This document shows, piece after piece, positions 1-8,087 of a DNA stretch of 20,000 nucleotides (its first letter is position 1; every line of letters starts with the position of its first letter). A program made the translations under genes and the position numbers. Under the pieces are notes generated by a model. It was given only the letters and a program-made list of their open reading frames with translations, was not told the origin of the DNA and did no database searches. The DNA is from an uncultured virus (IMG/VR IMGVR_UViG_3300020475_000546) (lineage: Duplodnaviria > Heunggongvirae > Uroviricota > Caudoviricetes): the IMG/VR virus record IMGVR_UViG_3300020475_000546, positions 54,350 through 74,349 of that record. One strand, 5' to 3'.

Positions 1-535
1 GCTTTTCATCATCCTCGTCATCTTCATACTTGCGTGACTTGTACTTGTCTTTCGCAGCTTTGAGTAAATCTTCTGACTTGCCGAAGGCATTAGTAGTGCC
101 TCGCCCATAATTCACATACGGTGTATCGCTTCTAACCGTGCCTCTATGTGCGCCAGCCGAGAAGGATAATCCTCTTGCACCCAAATCTACCCCCAATCTT
201 GACTCAAGAAGTTTGTTTTCTTCTTCAAATCTCGGAGAACGCTCGATTACATCAGACATAACTTCTGGTTTGATTTGTATGTGTTGTAGTCCGGGCATCA
301 ATTCCCTCAAAGCTCTTTCACGCCTCTTATCGGGGTCAGCTTGATCCCTGCTTTCTGTATCCTCAGTCGTGTTGCGAGAGTTATGAGCTAAATCATCATC
401 ATCTTCATTGGGGTTGATTTGCAGATCTAAGACCTGTCTTGGATTGAAACCACCTGTCATCTCTTGGGTTCGTGGTCGCCATATATTCCCCATATCACGG
501 GGATTAGCTGCTATTTTGACGATTTCATCAGTCAC
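1..535 (-). CDS. Hypothetical protein, 3' end runs off the window (>=178 aa; MTDEIVKIAANPRDMG...AFGKSEDLLKAAKDK...)
   Basis: Manually translated; open from GTG at 535 (GTGA overlap with the stop of 532..1032) to the window edge. Absent from the ORF track because there is no stop in the window. Confidence 0.75.
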   Translation of the reverse strand, partial: MTDEIVKIAANPRDMGNIWRPRTQEMTGGFNPRQVLDLQINPNEDDDDLAHNSRNTTEDTESRDQADPDKRRERALRELMPGLQHIQIKPEVMSDVIERSPRFEEENKLLESRLGVDLGARGLSFSAGAHRGTVRSDTPYVNYGRGTTNAFGKSEDLLKAAKDKYKSRKYEDDEDDEK

Positions 536-1032
536 TTATGCAACCCCCTTCTTGCTATGTCATCCTCTCTTCTGATTGCCTCTCTTGCTCTATCTCTTTC
601 AAGTTGCCTAATACCTTTGAATGCCGTTGCGACACGCATGGGTAGGTTGAGATACCAATGAGATAAAGATGGAACTCTCGCATAGGATTTAGCTAGTGGG
701 AGATATGCGTTCTTGAGCTTGTTCATCTGCTTCATAACATCAACAAAGTCCATTTGTTCGGTGCTTTGTTCGTCTAAGTATGAATAAATCGCAAATCTTG
801 TGTTTATGTTATGACTGTATATTTCATGCGATACTTCTTCCGCCATATCGGTCAAACCAAAGGGTATCATTGATTCTCCCCATTCCTTGATTACATAGTC
901 CATAGCGTCAAGCAATTCGAATAGACCATCGTATGTAGTAGGCAAATCGCCATGCAATACTGATTCGTAGTTGCTATACGGCCCTTCCTTGAGCTGTAAT
1001 TCCTCCGGCCTTCTTCCGATATGGTAGCTCAT
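532..1032 (-). CDS. Hypothetical protein (166 aa)
   Basis: ORF track; 4-nt start/stop overlaps with both neighbours; no recognisable motif. Confidence 0.75.
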   Translation of the reverse strand: MSYHIGRRPEELQLKEGPYSNYESVLHGDLPTTYDGLFELLDAMDYVIKEWGESMIPFGLTDMAEEVSHEIYSHNINTRFAIYSYLDEQSTEQMDFVDVMKQMNKLKNAYLPLAKSYARVPSLSHWYLNLPMRVATAFKGIRQLERDRAREAIRREDDIARRGLHK

Positions 1033-1739
1033 TCATCCATCACCCCCGCTTCTGCTAACATCTGCCTAATCGTTCTCCACTCGTCTGGTGCCTTCTCCGA
1101 GAAATACTCTTGCATTATGGTGATTACAGACACACTTTCAACCTTATCCACTTCCTTGAGCTTATCCATCCATTTGGCTAACTCTCCCAATGTTTCACGG
1201 ACTTCACGGTGCATCTTGATGGCTAAATCCAAATCCTTGCTTGATACCATATCTGCATTCTCAACCATCTGTTCCTCTAATCGGTCTAAGTGCATAGATA
1301 GCAAAGTATCCATTCTATTCATGTTAGATTCAACACGATTCAAGCTATCGTGCGTAGTTTGAATTGCTTTCGGTATAACTTCGATATTTGCCTGTCTTTG
1401 GATTAGAGGCTTGGTATGTTTCTCCATGTGATGAGTAATGGTCAATTCGGGAATATCTAATTCTTCCGAAAAATCAATTATTGTAGCTCTATGGTCAAGA
1501 ATGGCCGATTCTATTTCAGACCTTTCTGGATGAGTACAGACTGGGCAATCCACATTTGACTCATTGAAGAAAGCACCTGCATGGTTTCTCATGTGCCTGT
1601 GAGCTAAACCATTAGCCCAACCTTGATCTCTATCTACATCATTAGTGTCAAGCTTCCCAGCTCTTATGTCTAATTCAATAGAATCTCTTTCTGGATGTTG
1701 GCAGAAGGGACAATTCTTGCGTATCCGCCTACCACCCAT
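1029..1739 (-). CDS. Zn-binding protein with two CxxC-x-HPER...HxxxH repeats and a coiled-coil C-terminus; possibly terminase small subunit-like
   Basis: CPFCQHPERDSIE...HRHMRNH and CPVCTHPERSEIE...HHMEKH tandem repeats, then a helical region. The TerS-like label is recalled resemblance only. Confidence 0.7.
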   Translation of the reverse strand: MGGRRIRKNCPFCQHPERDSIELDIRAGKLDTNDVDRDQGWANGLAHRHMRNHAGAFFNESNVDCPVCTHPERSEIESAILDHRATIIDFSEELDIPELTITHHMEKHTKPLIQRQANIEVIPKAIQTTHDSLNRVESNMNRMDTLLSMHLDRLEEQMVENADMVSSKDLDLAIKMHREVRETLGELAKWMDKLKEVDKVESVSVITIMQEYFSEKAPDEWRTIRQMLAEAGVMDE

Positions 1740-1773
1740 GTATTGCTTGATGTTATACCATCGTTATTGGCTA

Positions 1774-2175
1774 TTACGCTTCATGCTTGCGTAGATGTAT
1801 GCCACAATAACCCTTTTGTGATTTGTCCGATATACGCCTTTGACACCTATTTCCAGATGATGTTACTGCTATGCACCTTTCTTCATCAGTTGGGTTTCGA
1901 TAGCACTCAACGCACACCCCCGTTTGATACTTTGATTTCTTTTTCAATGGCTTCCCACACCGAGAACATTCTTTCTTGCGAGGCAATACTTGATCGGCTA
2001 AAGCGTGTAAATCATCAATCCCTAACTTGCCGTCATTATTCCTATCAGCTACAGCCCTTATGTCTGCAAAATTGACCTTTCCATCCCTGTTAAAGTCAAG
2101 TGGTGAATACCCCTTGTTTTGAGAAGGCTGTTGATAGAAGGCCGCTGGTGTAGGTGGGCGGTACTGCCCCGCCAT
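1774..2175 (-). CDS. Protein with two DxNxDG calcium-binding loops (EF-hand/dockerin-like) and C-terminal Zn-finger motifs
   Basis: DFNRDGKVNFAD and DRNNDGKLGIDD fit the 12-residue Ca loop pattern; CSRC...CVEC and C-x9-C-x11-C-x2-H. ATG at 2175 preferred over TTG at 2181. Confidence 0.75.
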   Translation of the reverse strand: MAGQYRPPTPAAFYQQPSQNKGYSPLDFNRDGKVNFADIRAVADRNNDGKLGIDDLHALADQVLPRKKECSRCGKPLKKKSKYQTGVCVECYRNPTDEERCIAVTSSGNRCQRRISDKSQKGYCGIHLRKHEA

Positions 2176-2192
2176 CGGCAAAGATGGGGGGC

Positions 2193-2447
2193 TTACCGAA
2201 AAGCCGCATATTGTCTAACTGCAAGGAAGAATGTAAAGAATACTCCAAATATAGCAACCATAGAGAAAGTCGGATCCATAGACGGGCCTTTCCAAAGCAT
2301 TACAGATGTAATTAGAAGCATGAAAGATATGATAAAAATCATCGTTGCACTTTCAACCAACATTTTGTTCGGTGCAAACATTTCCATTGTCGTATCAGCC
2401 ATTGTCGTTCCATAAGGTGTTCTTTGTTCCCTATCTTCTTCCTTCAT
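2193..2447 (-). CDS. Small membrane protein, two predicted TM helices (84 aa)
   Basis: Hydrophobic stretches MIFIISFMLLITSVMLW and FSMVAIFGVFFTFFLAV. Confidence 0.75.
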   Translation of the reverse strand: MKEEDREQRTPYGTTMADTTMEMFAPNKMLVESATMIFIISFMLLITSVMLWKGPSMDPTFSMVAIFGVFFTFFLAVRQYAAFR

Positions 2448-2608
2448 TATTCTTCTTCCCCCTTTGTTGAGCCGCCAAGACCCGAAAACATACTACTAAC
2501 GAAAACCTTTCTTCGTCTATTCTTTTTCAAACGATACTTACCAGAAAGAAAATGCTTCTTGCGAGCTTTGAACTTACTCCAGTATCTTGCTCTAACGCCT
2601 TCCTTCAT
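2447..2608 (-). CDS. Small highly basic protein (53 aa; MKEGVRARYWSKFKARKKHFLSGKYRLKKNRRRK...)
   Basis: Manually translated; GAGGGG RBS upstream, TAATG overlap with the next gene, fills the gap in the operon; below the ORF-track cutoff. Confidence 0.6.
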   Translation of the reverse strand: MKEGVRARYWSKFKARKKHFLSGKYRLKKNRRRKVFVSSMFSGLGGSTKGEEE

Positions 2609-2618
2609 TTGAATCCCC

Positions 2619-3257
2619 TCATATTAGAGCTGCTGCCCCTGCACCCATAGCACCCATACCGCCTTGGTTCTGCATTTGCTGACCTAACAGGCCACCGACT
2701 AAGCTACCAAAGAATCCCGGTTGAGGGTTCATCATAGGGTTATGTGCTTGTAGTAGCATTTGTGTTTGTTGTTGATTCATCTGAAGCTGTTGTTGAGCTG
2801 ATTGCCTCAAAGTCTGCAAAGTCAAAGCAAGGTTTTCAGGAGATAGTGTTGCTATGTTAGCGGGGAGCGTAGTTGTGTCTAAACTGAGCTTACCATCTTC
2901 ACCTGCTGCAAGTTGAACATTAGAAAAGAAGTCCTTTAGCGATAGTGTAACAATTTCTGCTACTAAATCCATCATCATGCTAAATTGATTAGCTACAATG
3001 AATTGATTTAGAGGGTCGTAATACTGCAACAATCTTGATGTGGCGATAACTGGGTCATTAGCCATCTGTTGCATCATGGGATTTTGCCCCATCTGTTGCA
3101 TCATCATCGGATCCATCATTCCACCCGCAGCACCCATAGCACCCATTCCACCTTGCATTCCATATCCTCCCATACCTGTCATTCCCATGCTATTTGATGC
3201 ACCGAATTGTTGTGTTGGGGTTTCATTATTCCTGTTAAAAAACCAGCCCATTTTCAT
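2619..3257 (-). CDS. Gln/Met/Gly-rich low-complexity protein with amphipathic termini
   Basis: GMGAMGAAGGMMDPMMMQQMGQNPMMQQ, QQQLQMNQQQ and C-terminal PGFFGSLVGGLLG...GAGAAALI; AGGAG RBS upstream. Confidence 0.8.
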   Translation of the reverse strand: MKMGWFFNRNNETPTQQFGASNSMGMTGMGGYGMQGGMGAMGAAGGMMDPMMMQQMGQNPMMQQMANDPVIATSRLLQYYDPLNQFIVANQFSMMMDLVAEIVTLSLKDFFSNVQLAAGEDGKLSLDTTTLPANIATLSPENLALTLQTLRQSAQQQLQMNQQQTQMLLQAHNPMMNPQPGFFGSLVGGLLGQQMQNQGGMGAMGAGAAALI

Positions 3258-3266
3258 TTCTCCTTT

Positions 3267-4250
3267 CTAATTTGTTTGTTGCCCTACTCCCGTTGATTGA
3301 GGACTTTGATTAACCCCTGCCTGTGCAGACGGTATTGTATTTTGGGTCATATTGGCGTTTTGAAGGCCAATCGCTTGCCTTTGGGACATAGCGTCACTCA
3401 TCTGCAAAGCTCTAAGGTCAAATGTAACCGACACTAAATCGGCCACACCTGTTATTGGATTGGGATATTGAGTTAGGACAATGCCCTTCTTGTGTTTGGT
3501 GTCTTGCTGAATCATCTTGAAGAATGGTTCGTATTTTAACAAGGATTCTGTTGTTGAACGGTTTTGGGCAGAAGAACCCCCCATCAAAGCACTCATACCG
3601 GGAACTTTGAGAAACTTAGTACCTTTGCTGACTGGGCGTAAGCCATCGGCAGACATTTCATCCTCTTGCACTAGCTTTCTCAATGTATGATAAATATGCA
3701 GATGAGCCGGACATAGTGTGCTATTCATTTCATCACCATGATCGCCTCTTGTTCGAGCATGAGGGATTATTGAGTTGCCTGTTTCATCGTCAAACCAATA
3801 CAAATCTGCTAAACTGACCTTACCGGGCAAATCATAATCAATAATTTGGGCGTAATCGTTATCCCCTTCAAGAAAACGCCTCACATCAACACCACAGCAA
3901 GCACACTCAAATGTTCCATTATATCTGTAAATACGCCAAAGACCCAACAAATAGCTCGGTGGCCTCAACGCTTTTCGCAATTTCTTGATGTTTTTCTTTC
4001 GTGCCTTTTTGGGATTATCGGGGTTTTGCACCAATTGAACCTCAACCGTAGGTACTACTTCCTCAGCTCCACCGTAGCCACCAGTAGCTCCGGCACTTGC
4101 GATTTCAGCTCTTTGTTGGGCTTTCAACATAGGAAATGCAAGCCCTGTGTTGGCCGCTACCTGTTTTAATTGTTCATCGGTTAAACCTGCTAATTTTGCG
4201 TTGGGATTGCCCGCAATCCAGTTGGGCAAGATGTTGCCTGTCCAGCTCAT
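3267..4250 (-). CDS. Hypothetical protein with probable Zn site (CACC ... CPAH), ~327 aa
   Basis: ORF track 3267..4277 (TTG start); ATG at 4250 (MSWTG) preferred. Basic patch KKARKKNIKKLRK and Q-rich tail. Confidence 0.75.
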   Translation of the reverse strand: MSWTGNILPNWIAGNPNAKLAGLTDEQLKQVAANTGLAFPMLKAQQRAEIASAGATGGYGGAEEVVPTVEVQLVQNPDNPKKARKKNIKKLRKALRPPSYLLGLWRIYRYNGTFECACCGVDVRRFLEGDNDYAQIIDYDLPGKVSLADLYWFDDETGNSIIPHARTRGDHGDEMNSTLCPAHLHIYHTLRKLVQEDEMSADGLRPVSKGTKFLKVPGMSALMGGSSAQNRSTTESLLKYEPFFKMIQQDTKHKKGIVLTQYPNPITGVADLVSVTFDLRALQMSDAMSQRQAIGLQNANMTQNTIPSAQAGVNQSPQSTGVGQQTN

Positions 4251-4293
4251 GTTAGCTATCCCAACCTTGACAACCAATTAAGCATTCCGTGTT

Positions 4294-5022
4294 TTACAGT
4301 AGTTCTACAATAGATATTAACACCTTTTCCACATTTACGCCATGTTGTGCCGATATTGCATCTATATCGGCTCTAACTCCGGCCTTTCTAAGCCGTCTTA
4401 ACTCGTTTCTAAAGGGGGCAACGATGGGATGTTCCCTTTGCAGGTTATTATCCCAAAGGTATTGAGCTTGAGGCGACCACCATAAATCCATTTTATTCAC
4501 TAAGAATACTACGACTTTCGGCATATAGTTGCTACGAGAAGTTTTTTTCGCCTTTCTGGATATGGCCGTGCTAACATCTTTTCGAGTTATGTTGTCTATT
4601 AAATATCTAAATGAAGCCAAAGAATCCTTAGCAAAAGACGGACTTGTTAATACTCTATGATCCACCATGAATATGACTATCTCGCACTTACGGCCAAACA
4701 TATCTTCTATCCAGAGATTCCTAAATTGAGCTTGCCCTGCAATATCCGAATTAGAAATTGGGATCCTATCTTTTTTGTATTTGATTAACTTTCTATGAGG
4801 TTTAGGGGCTTTGGCGTGACCATTGACCATAGGGTGGGATGTTCGCATCTCAATTGGTATCGGGTCTATGTCGCCCGGAACGGTCAGATATTGGTCTAAT
4901 GTAGTCTTACCAGTCATACTTGGGCCGTATATTCCAATACGATATGGCCTAAGAATACGGTAAAACTTCTGCAAGGCGTGAACCGAGCTAATTAGCAGAT
5001 GCCCTGCGATGACCGCACTCAT
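4294..5022 (-). CDS. Ras-superfamily small GTPase with Arf/Arl-like features (242 aa)
   Basis: G1 GPSMTGKTT, candidate G2 Thr (MRTS), G3 DIAGQ followed by AQFRNLW, strand IVIFMVD, G4 NKMD, G5 SAQ, all in canonical order. Confidence 0.9.
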   Translation of the reverse strand: MSAVIAGHLLISSVHALQKFYRILRPYRIGIYGPSMTGKTTLDQYLTVPGDIDPIPIEMRTSHPMVNGHAKAPKPHRKLIKYKKDRIPISNSDIAGQAQFRNLWIEDMFGRKCEIVIFMVDHRVLTSPSFAKDSLASFRYLIDNITRKDVSTAISRKAKKTSRSNYMPKVVVFLVNKMDLWWSPQAQYLWDNNLQREHPIVAPFRNELRRLRKAGVRADIDAISAQHGVNVEKVLISIVELL

Positions 5023-5035
5023 ACGGCCAGCCCAC

Positions 5036-5257
5036 TCATATTTGGTCTTTCAAATACTCCCAAAGCCCGACTGGGGATGTTCCTAATTCGTCTAATATAA
5101 TTAAGATGGCGAAAGTTCCGCCTATGCCTATTGCTAATGCTACAAATGTGCGAACCCAACCCGCCATTCGTTCCATTTTTCTTTCGTAGGAGTTTTCTGC
5201 TAATATCTGAGCCATTTCTGCTGCTTGTCTTTCTTGTCTTGTTGAAAACGGCCACAT
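5036..5257 (-). CDS. Small single-pass membrane protein (73 aa)
   Basis: TM segment FVALAIGIGGTFAILIIL; AGGTGGGG RBS upstream. Confidence 0.75.
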   Translation of the reverse strand: MWPFSTRQERQAAEMAQILAENSYERKMERMAGWVRTFVALAIGIGGTFAILIILDELGTSPVGLWEYLKDQI

Positions 5258-5273
5258 TTAGTCCCCACCTACT

Positions 5274-5741
5274 TCAGTTGTTGGATCGCCCATCATCCTC
5301 ATCTGAAGCAGGTGTGTTGGGAAGTCCAAATACATCTCTTCCTTGAGATTGTTGCTGCATAACAGCCATTTGCCCCTGTAGCTCTTGGTAATATTGTTGT
5401 TTTTGCATACGCCTGTTGGTCATTTGCATTTGATTTCTAAACCATTTGTCATAACTCGCTTCCTTTGAAAACTCAGCTCTCATAGCCATACTATCTCTTA
5501 TTCCGCCTACTTGGAACAGAACCATAGATGTGCATAAAAAGCCAAATGCGATTAGTCCGTATTGTAATCCCATTTCGGCTGGTGTTGCATTCGGTAGATA
5601 CCAATCTTTGTGAGATATGCCTACTGCAACGCCTGTAAGAAGCGATTGCCATAGAAGCATAGCTATCAGATTAACATCAACCCTATTCCCTGTTTGTTCA
5701 GCTGGTGGTTGCCACATTGGTATTTGTGATGATCCATTCAT
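5274..5741 (-). CDS. Membrane protein, two TM helices plus Q-rich C-terminal region (~155 aa)
   Basis: LIAMLLWQSLLTGVAVGI and YGLIAFGFLCTSMVLFQV. ATG at 5741, just after the RHH stop, preferred over 5765. Confidence 0.75.
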   Translation of the reverse strand: MNGSSQIPMWQPPAEQTGNRVDVNLIAMLLWQSLLTGVAVGISHKDWYLPNATPAEMGLQYGLIAFGFLCTSMVLFQVGGIRDSMAMRAEFSKEASYDKWFRNQMQMTNRRMQKQQYYQELQGQMAVMQQQSQGRDVFGLPNTPASDEDDGRSNN

Positions 5742-5745
5742 TTTC

Positions 5746-5889
5746 TTATCCTTCCTTTTGCTCATCTATGAGCCTAAAGTAGTGCTGCAACGCATGATTC
5801 ACATACGATGATTTGGATTCTCGACCCCTTTCTTTCTCCATTCTGCGGTATAATTCTTCCCACATCACTACCGATACATGACGGCTCAT
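5746..5889 (-). CDS. Ribbon-helix-helix (CopG/Arc-like) DNA-binding protein (47 aa)
   Basis: MSRHVSVVMWEELYRRMEKERGRESKSSYVNHALQHYF: alternating beta strand, helix, S-K-S-x-x-V-x-x-A-L second helix. First gene of the GTPase cluster. Confidence 0.7.
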   Translation of the reverse strand: MSRHVSVVMWEELYRRMEKERGRESKSSYVNHALQHYFRLIDEQKEG

Positions 5890-5947
5890 CGTATCGGCCT
5901 GTAATATGAGAGCCTTATGAGCGTTGTTATAGATGACAGGGTTGAAA

Positions 5948-7714
5948 TCATATTTTACGCATGAATTGAGTAATATCCAAACCAGAATCAACGACTCTCG
6001 GTTTTAGGTCATCACCATAGGCGACTCTAAGATTTTGTCGTGAGTTAAGATTTTGAGGACGGTTTTTGGTACTGCCTTGATGAACATTGAAACTTATCGG
6101 TTCAGTTCCATGCCAACAATCATCACAATTGTAATCTTCACAATTACCTCCTAACATAGAAGCGGGGCATGACTTAACTGAAGGATCTAAGGAAGATGCC
6201 GAGCTTGCCTTTATTCGAGGATGCTCTAATAATTCTTCATAACCTGCTGAGAAATCCTCTCCCAAGAGAGGCAAACCATACGCTTCATTTATTTCATTAT
6301 CAACAGCTTGTCCTATCCATGGTAATGACAACATGACATTCATATTCTTAGGTATAGCATCCCATCCTCTTCTATCTAAGAATGATTTGACCCCTGCCGA
6401 TTCTCTTGTAGGCAACCAATGTTCTAATTGAGGTGTTGCTGAAGCTATATCGTTCAACATAGCGAAATGTTGCGCCCCATAATCACGATCTGTTTCTTCT
6501 TCACCTTCTTGTAAATCCCCACTATCCATGTGCCTAAACTTGTTAGTGCCGTAATAAAACGATTCAGCTGGCGCACGGTGAGCAAAGGCAGAAGCGTAGC
6601 TCAAAGGGTCATCATCCGTTAGTCCGTGAAAGTTCCTCCATAGTTGAGTCTGTTTTGGGTTCAATGGGTATCTGCCTTGCTTTGCATAACACATTTTACC
6701 GTCTGAGCCACCGCAGGTTGAACCAGCTACCATACCTAATCGGCCACCTACATGACACAGATGCACAGGCAAACCGAAGGAAGCTCCGGGCATTTTATCC
6801 GGTGCGCCAAAACCTCCACTCGGATTCATACTAACTATTTTATTGGCTTCGCTCACGGGTCTTTTACCCGAAGTTCGCCCCATTGTGTCTGAAAACTTAG
6901 GGATTTTGACTTGTTCATCAACATCCCATCTAACCTTTCTATCGTCTTTGTATCTATTCATTATGTCCTTGTTGTTTTCTAACCAATCAAATATCTGGCG
7001 ACCATCACCCGGATATTTGCCCCCAAAGAACCGATCCCACCAAAACATATCATCGGGGTCGCCAAGAGCTTTCAGTAGCAAAGAGCGAATGGTCATCGGT
7101 TCGCCAGTATGAATATCTTGGAATTGTTGGGTGAAAGGCAGGTGTTTTGAATCGCCTCTTGGCTCGAAAGGTGTGCCGTCTTTTTTCCAACCGCCCGCAT
7201 GAATGTCGCCTCTTCTGCCCGCATCAACGGTTTGCTCTTGCGATCTGTATGTTATTTCACTGGATAACGCTTCAGCAAAGTCCTCACTAAGATTCGCAGC
7301 TTCGTTTGCAGGGTTAAACAGCGACACAGCTAATTCCATGCGTTCATCTTCAGAAAGATTGGGGTTATGCTCAAACCTTGAAAACTGCGTTCTAAACTCA
7401 TCTAACAAATCACGGTATCTGTTTATCTCGGAATGAGGTAGCAAACCCAAAGGTCGAGGATAAGGCAGGGGGTTAGAGAAGTATCTTTCATCATACGCCT
7501 CTCTCTCTTCTTCTGACATTTCTTCCCAATCACGGGGATTGCTACCTTTGCCGTGAGCTTCTTCCCAATACTCGTTTGGATGCTTTTCTGCATAGCCTTC
7601 TGGGACTAATCCAGTAGGATCATATTCAGCTTGAAAATCAAACCTATCGGGCTTATCATCGGATTCCTTAGTGATAGACCAACCCACTTCAAAAGGGCTA
7701 ACGCTACCACTCAT
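5948..7714 (-). CDS. Tagged multidomain protein with a C-terminal GP88-like (radical-SAM-related, Fe-S) domain
   Basis: N-terminal PFEVGWSITK tag. C-terminal KMPGASFGLPVHLC...STC...CYAKQGRY, FRHMDSGDLQ, HWLPTRE, PKNMNVMLS and CPA...CDDCW match my recollection of the phage gene product 88 family. Confidence 0.8.
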   Translation of the reverse strand: MSGSVSPFEVGWSITKESDDKPDRFDFQAEYDPTGLVPEGYAEKHPNEYWEEAHGKGSNPRDWEEMSEEEREAYDERYFSNPLPYPRPLGLLPHSEINRYRDLLDEFRTQFSRFEHNPNLSEDERMELAVSLFNPANEAANLSEDFAEALSSEITYRSQEQTVDAGRRGDIHAGGWKKDGTPFEPRGDSKHLPFTQQFQDIHTGEPMTIRSLLLKALGDPDDMFWWDRFFGGKYPGDGRQIFDWLENNKDIMNRYKDDRKVRWDVDEQVKIPKFSDTMGRTSGKRPVSEANKIVSMNPSGGFGAPDKMPGASFGLPVHLCHVGGRLGMVAGSTCGGSDGKMCYAKQGRYPLNPKQTQLWRNFHGLTDDDPLSYASAFAHRAPAESFYYGTNKFRHMDSGDLQEGEEETDRDYGAQHFAMLNDIASATPQLEHWLPTRESAGVKSFLDRRGWDAIPKNMNVMLSLPWIGQAVDNEINEAYGLPLLGEDFSAGYEELLEHPRIKASSASSLDPSVKSCPASMLGGNCEDYNCDDCWHGTEPISFNVHQGSTKNRPQNLNSRQNLRVAYGDDLKPRVVDSGLDITQFMRKI

Positions 7715-7787
7715 GCTAACAATGTGTATTACCATTCATGAAAAGATTACCGCACTATTCATAATGAATTGTAGTATTAGTAATATT

Positions 7788-7880
7788 GTGAGAGGAAGCA
7801 GACTCGTCTAAGCGTTCATTTTGACTCCCCTATTGTATGTGCTGCAATTTACCATACATTCTTTCCTTGCTTCCTCTCGC
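7788..7880 (+). other. Intergenic long-range stem (candidate structured ncRNA or cis element)
   Basis: GTGAGAGGAAGCAG (7788-7801) pairs with TTGCTTCCTCTCGC (7867-7880): 14 bp with two G-U pairs on the + strand; internal TGTATG/CATACA stem. Confidence 0.4.
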
Positions 7881-7886
7881 ACCTCA

Positions 7887-8024
7887 CTAAACCCCTAATT
7901 TTCTAGTTAGAGCTACGACAAAATCAATAATCTTCACCATAGGCCACAGTATCATGGTTAATGGTAGCACTATCGCAAACGCCAACAATTCGACTAACAT
8001 ATCCGACTTAGAGCTGTCAGACAT
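7887..8024 (-). CDS. Small membrane protein (45 aa; MSDSSKSDMLVELLAFAIVLPLTMILWPMVKIIDFVVALTRKLGV)
   Basis: Manually translated; long hydrophobic segment; purine-rich BRE-like plus CATATA TATA-like sequence ~25 nt upstream. Confidence 0.55.
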   Translation of the reverse strand: MSDSSKSDMLVELLAFAIVLPLTMILWPMVKIIDFVVALTRKLGV

Positions 8025-8087
8025 GACAATGGCGCACCCCTATGCGTATATGTTCCTTTTCAATCCGAACAACACCATTGATAAGAC

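Noticed and set aside
1029..1739. Firm call as terminase small subunit
   Set aside because: Only a recalled motif resemblance; no large terminase or portal is recognisable nearby in this window.
5019..5255. Alternative minus-frame 78-aa ORF
   Set aside because: Overlaps 5036..5257, which has an ATG, an RBS and a clear TM helix.
7788..7880. tRNA or tRNA-like gene
   Set aside because: No T-loop (GTTCRA) or D-loop consensus and no cloverleaf; the closing stem is too long.
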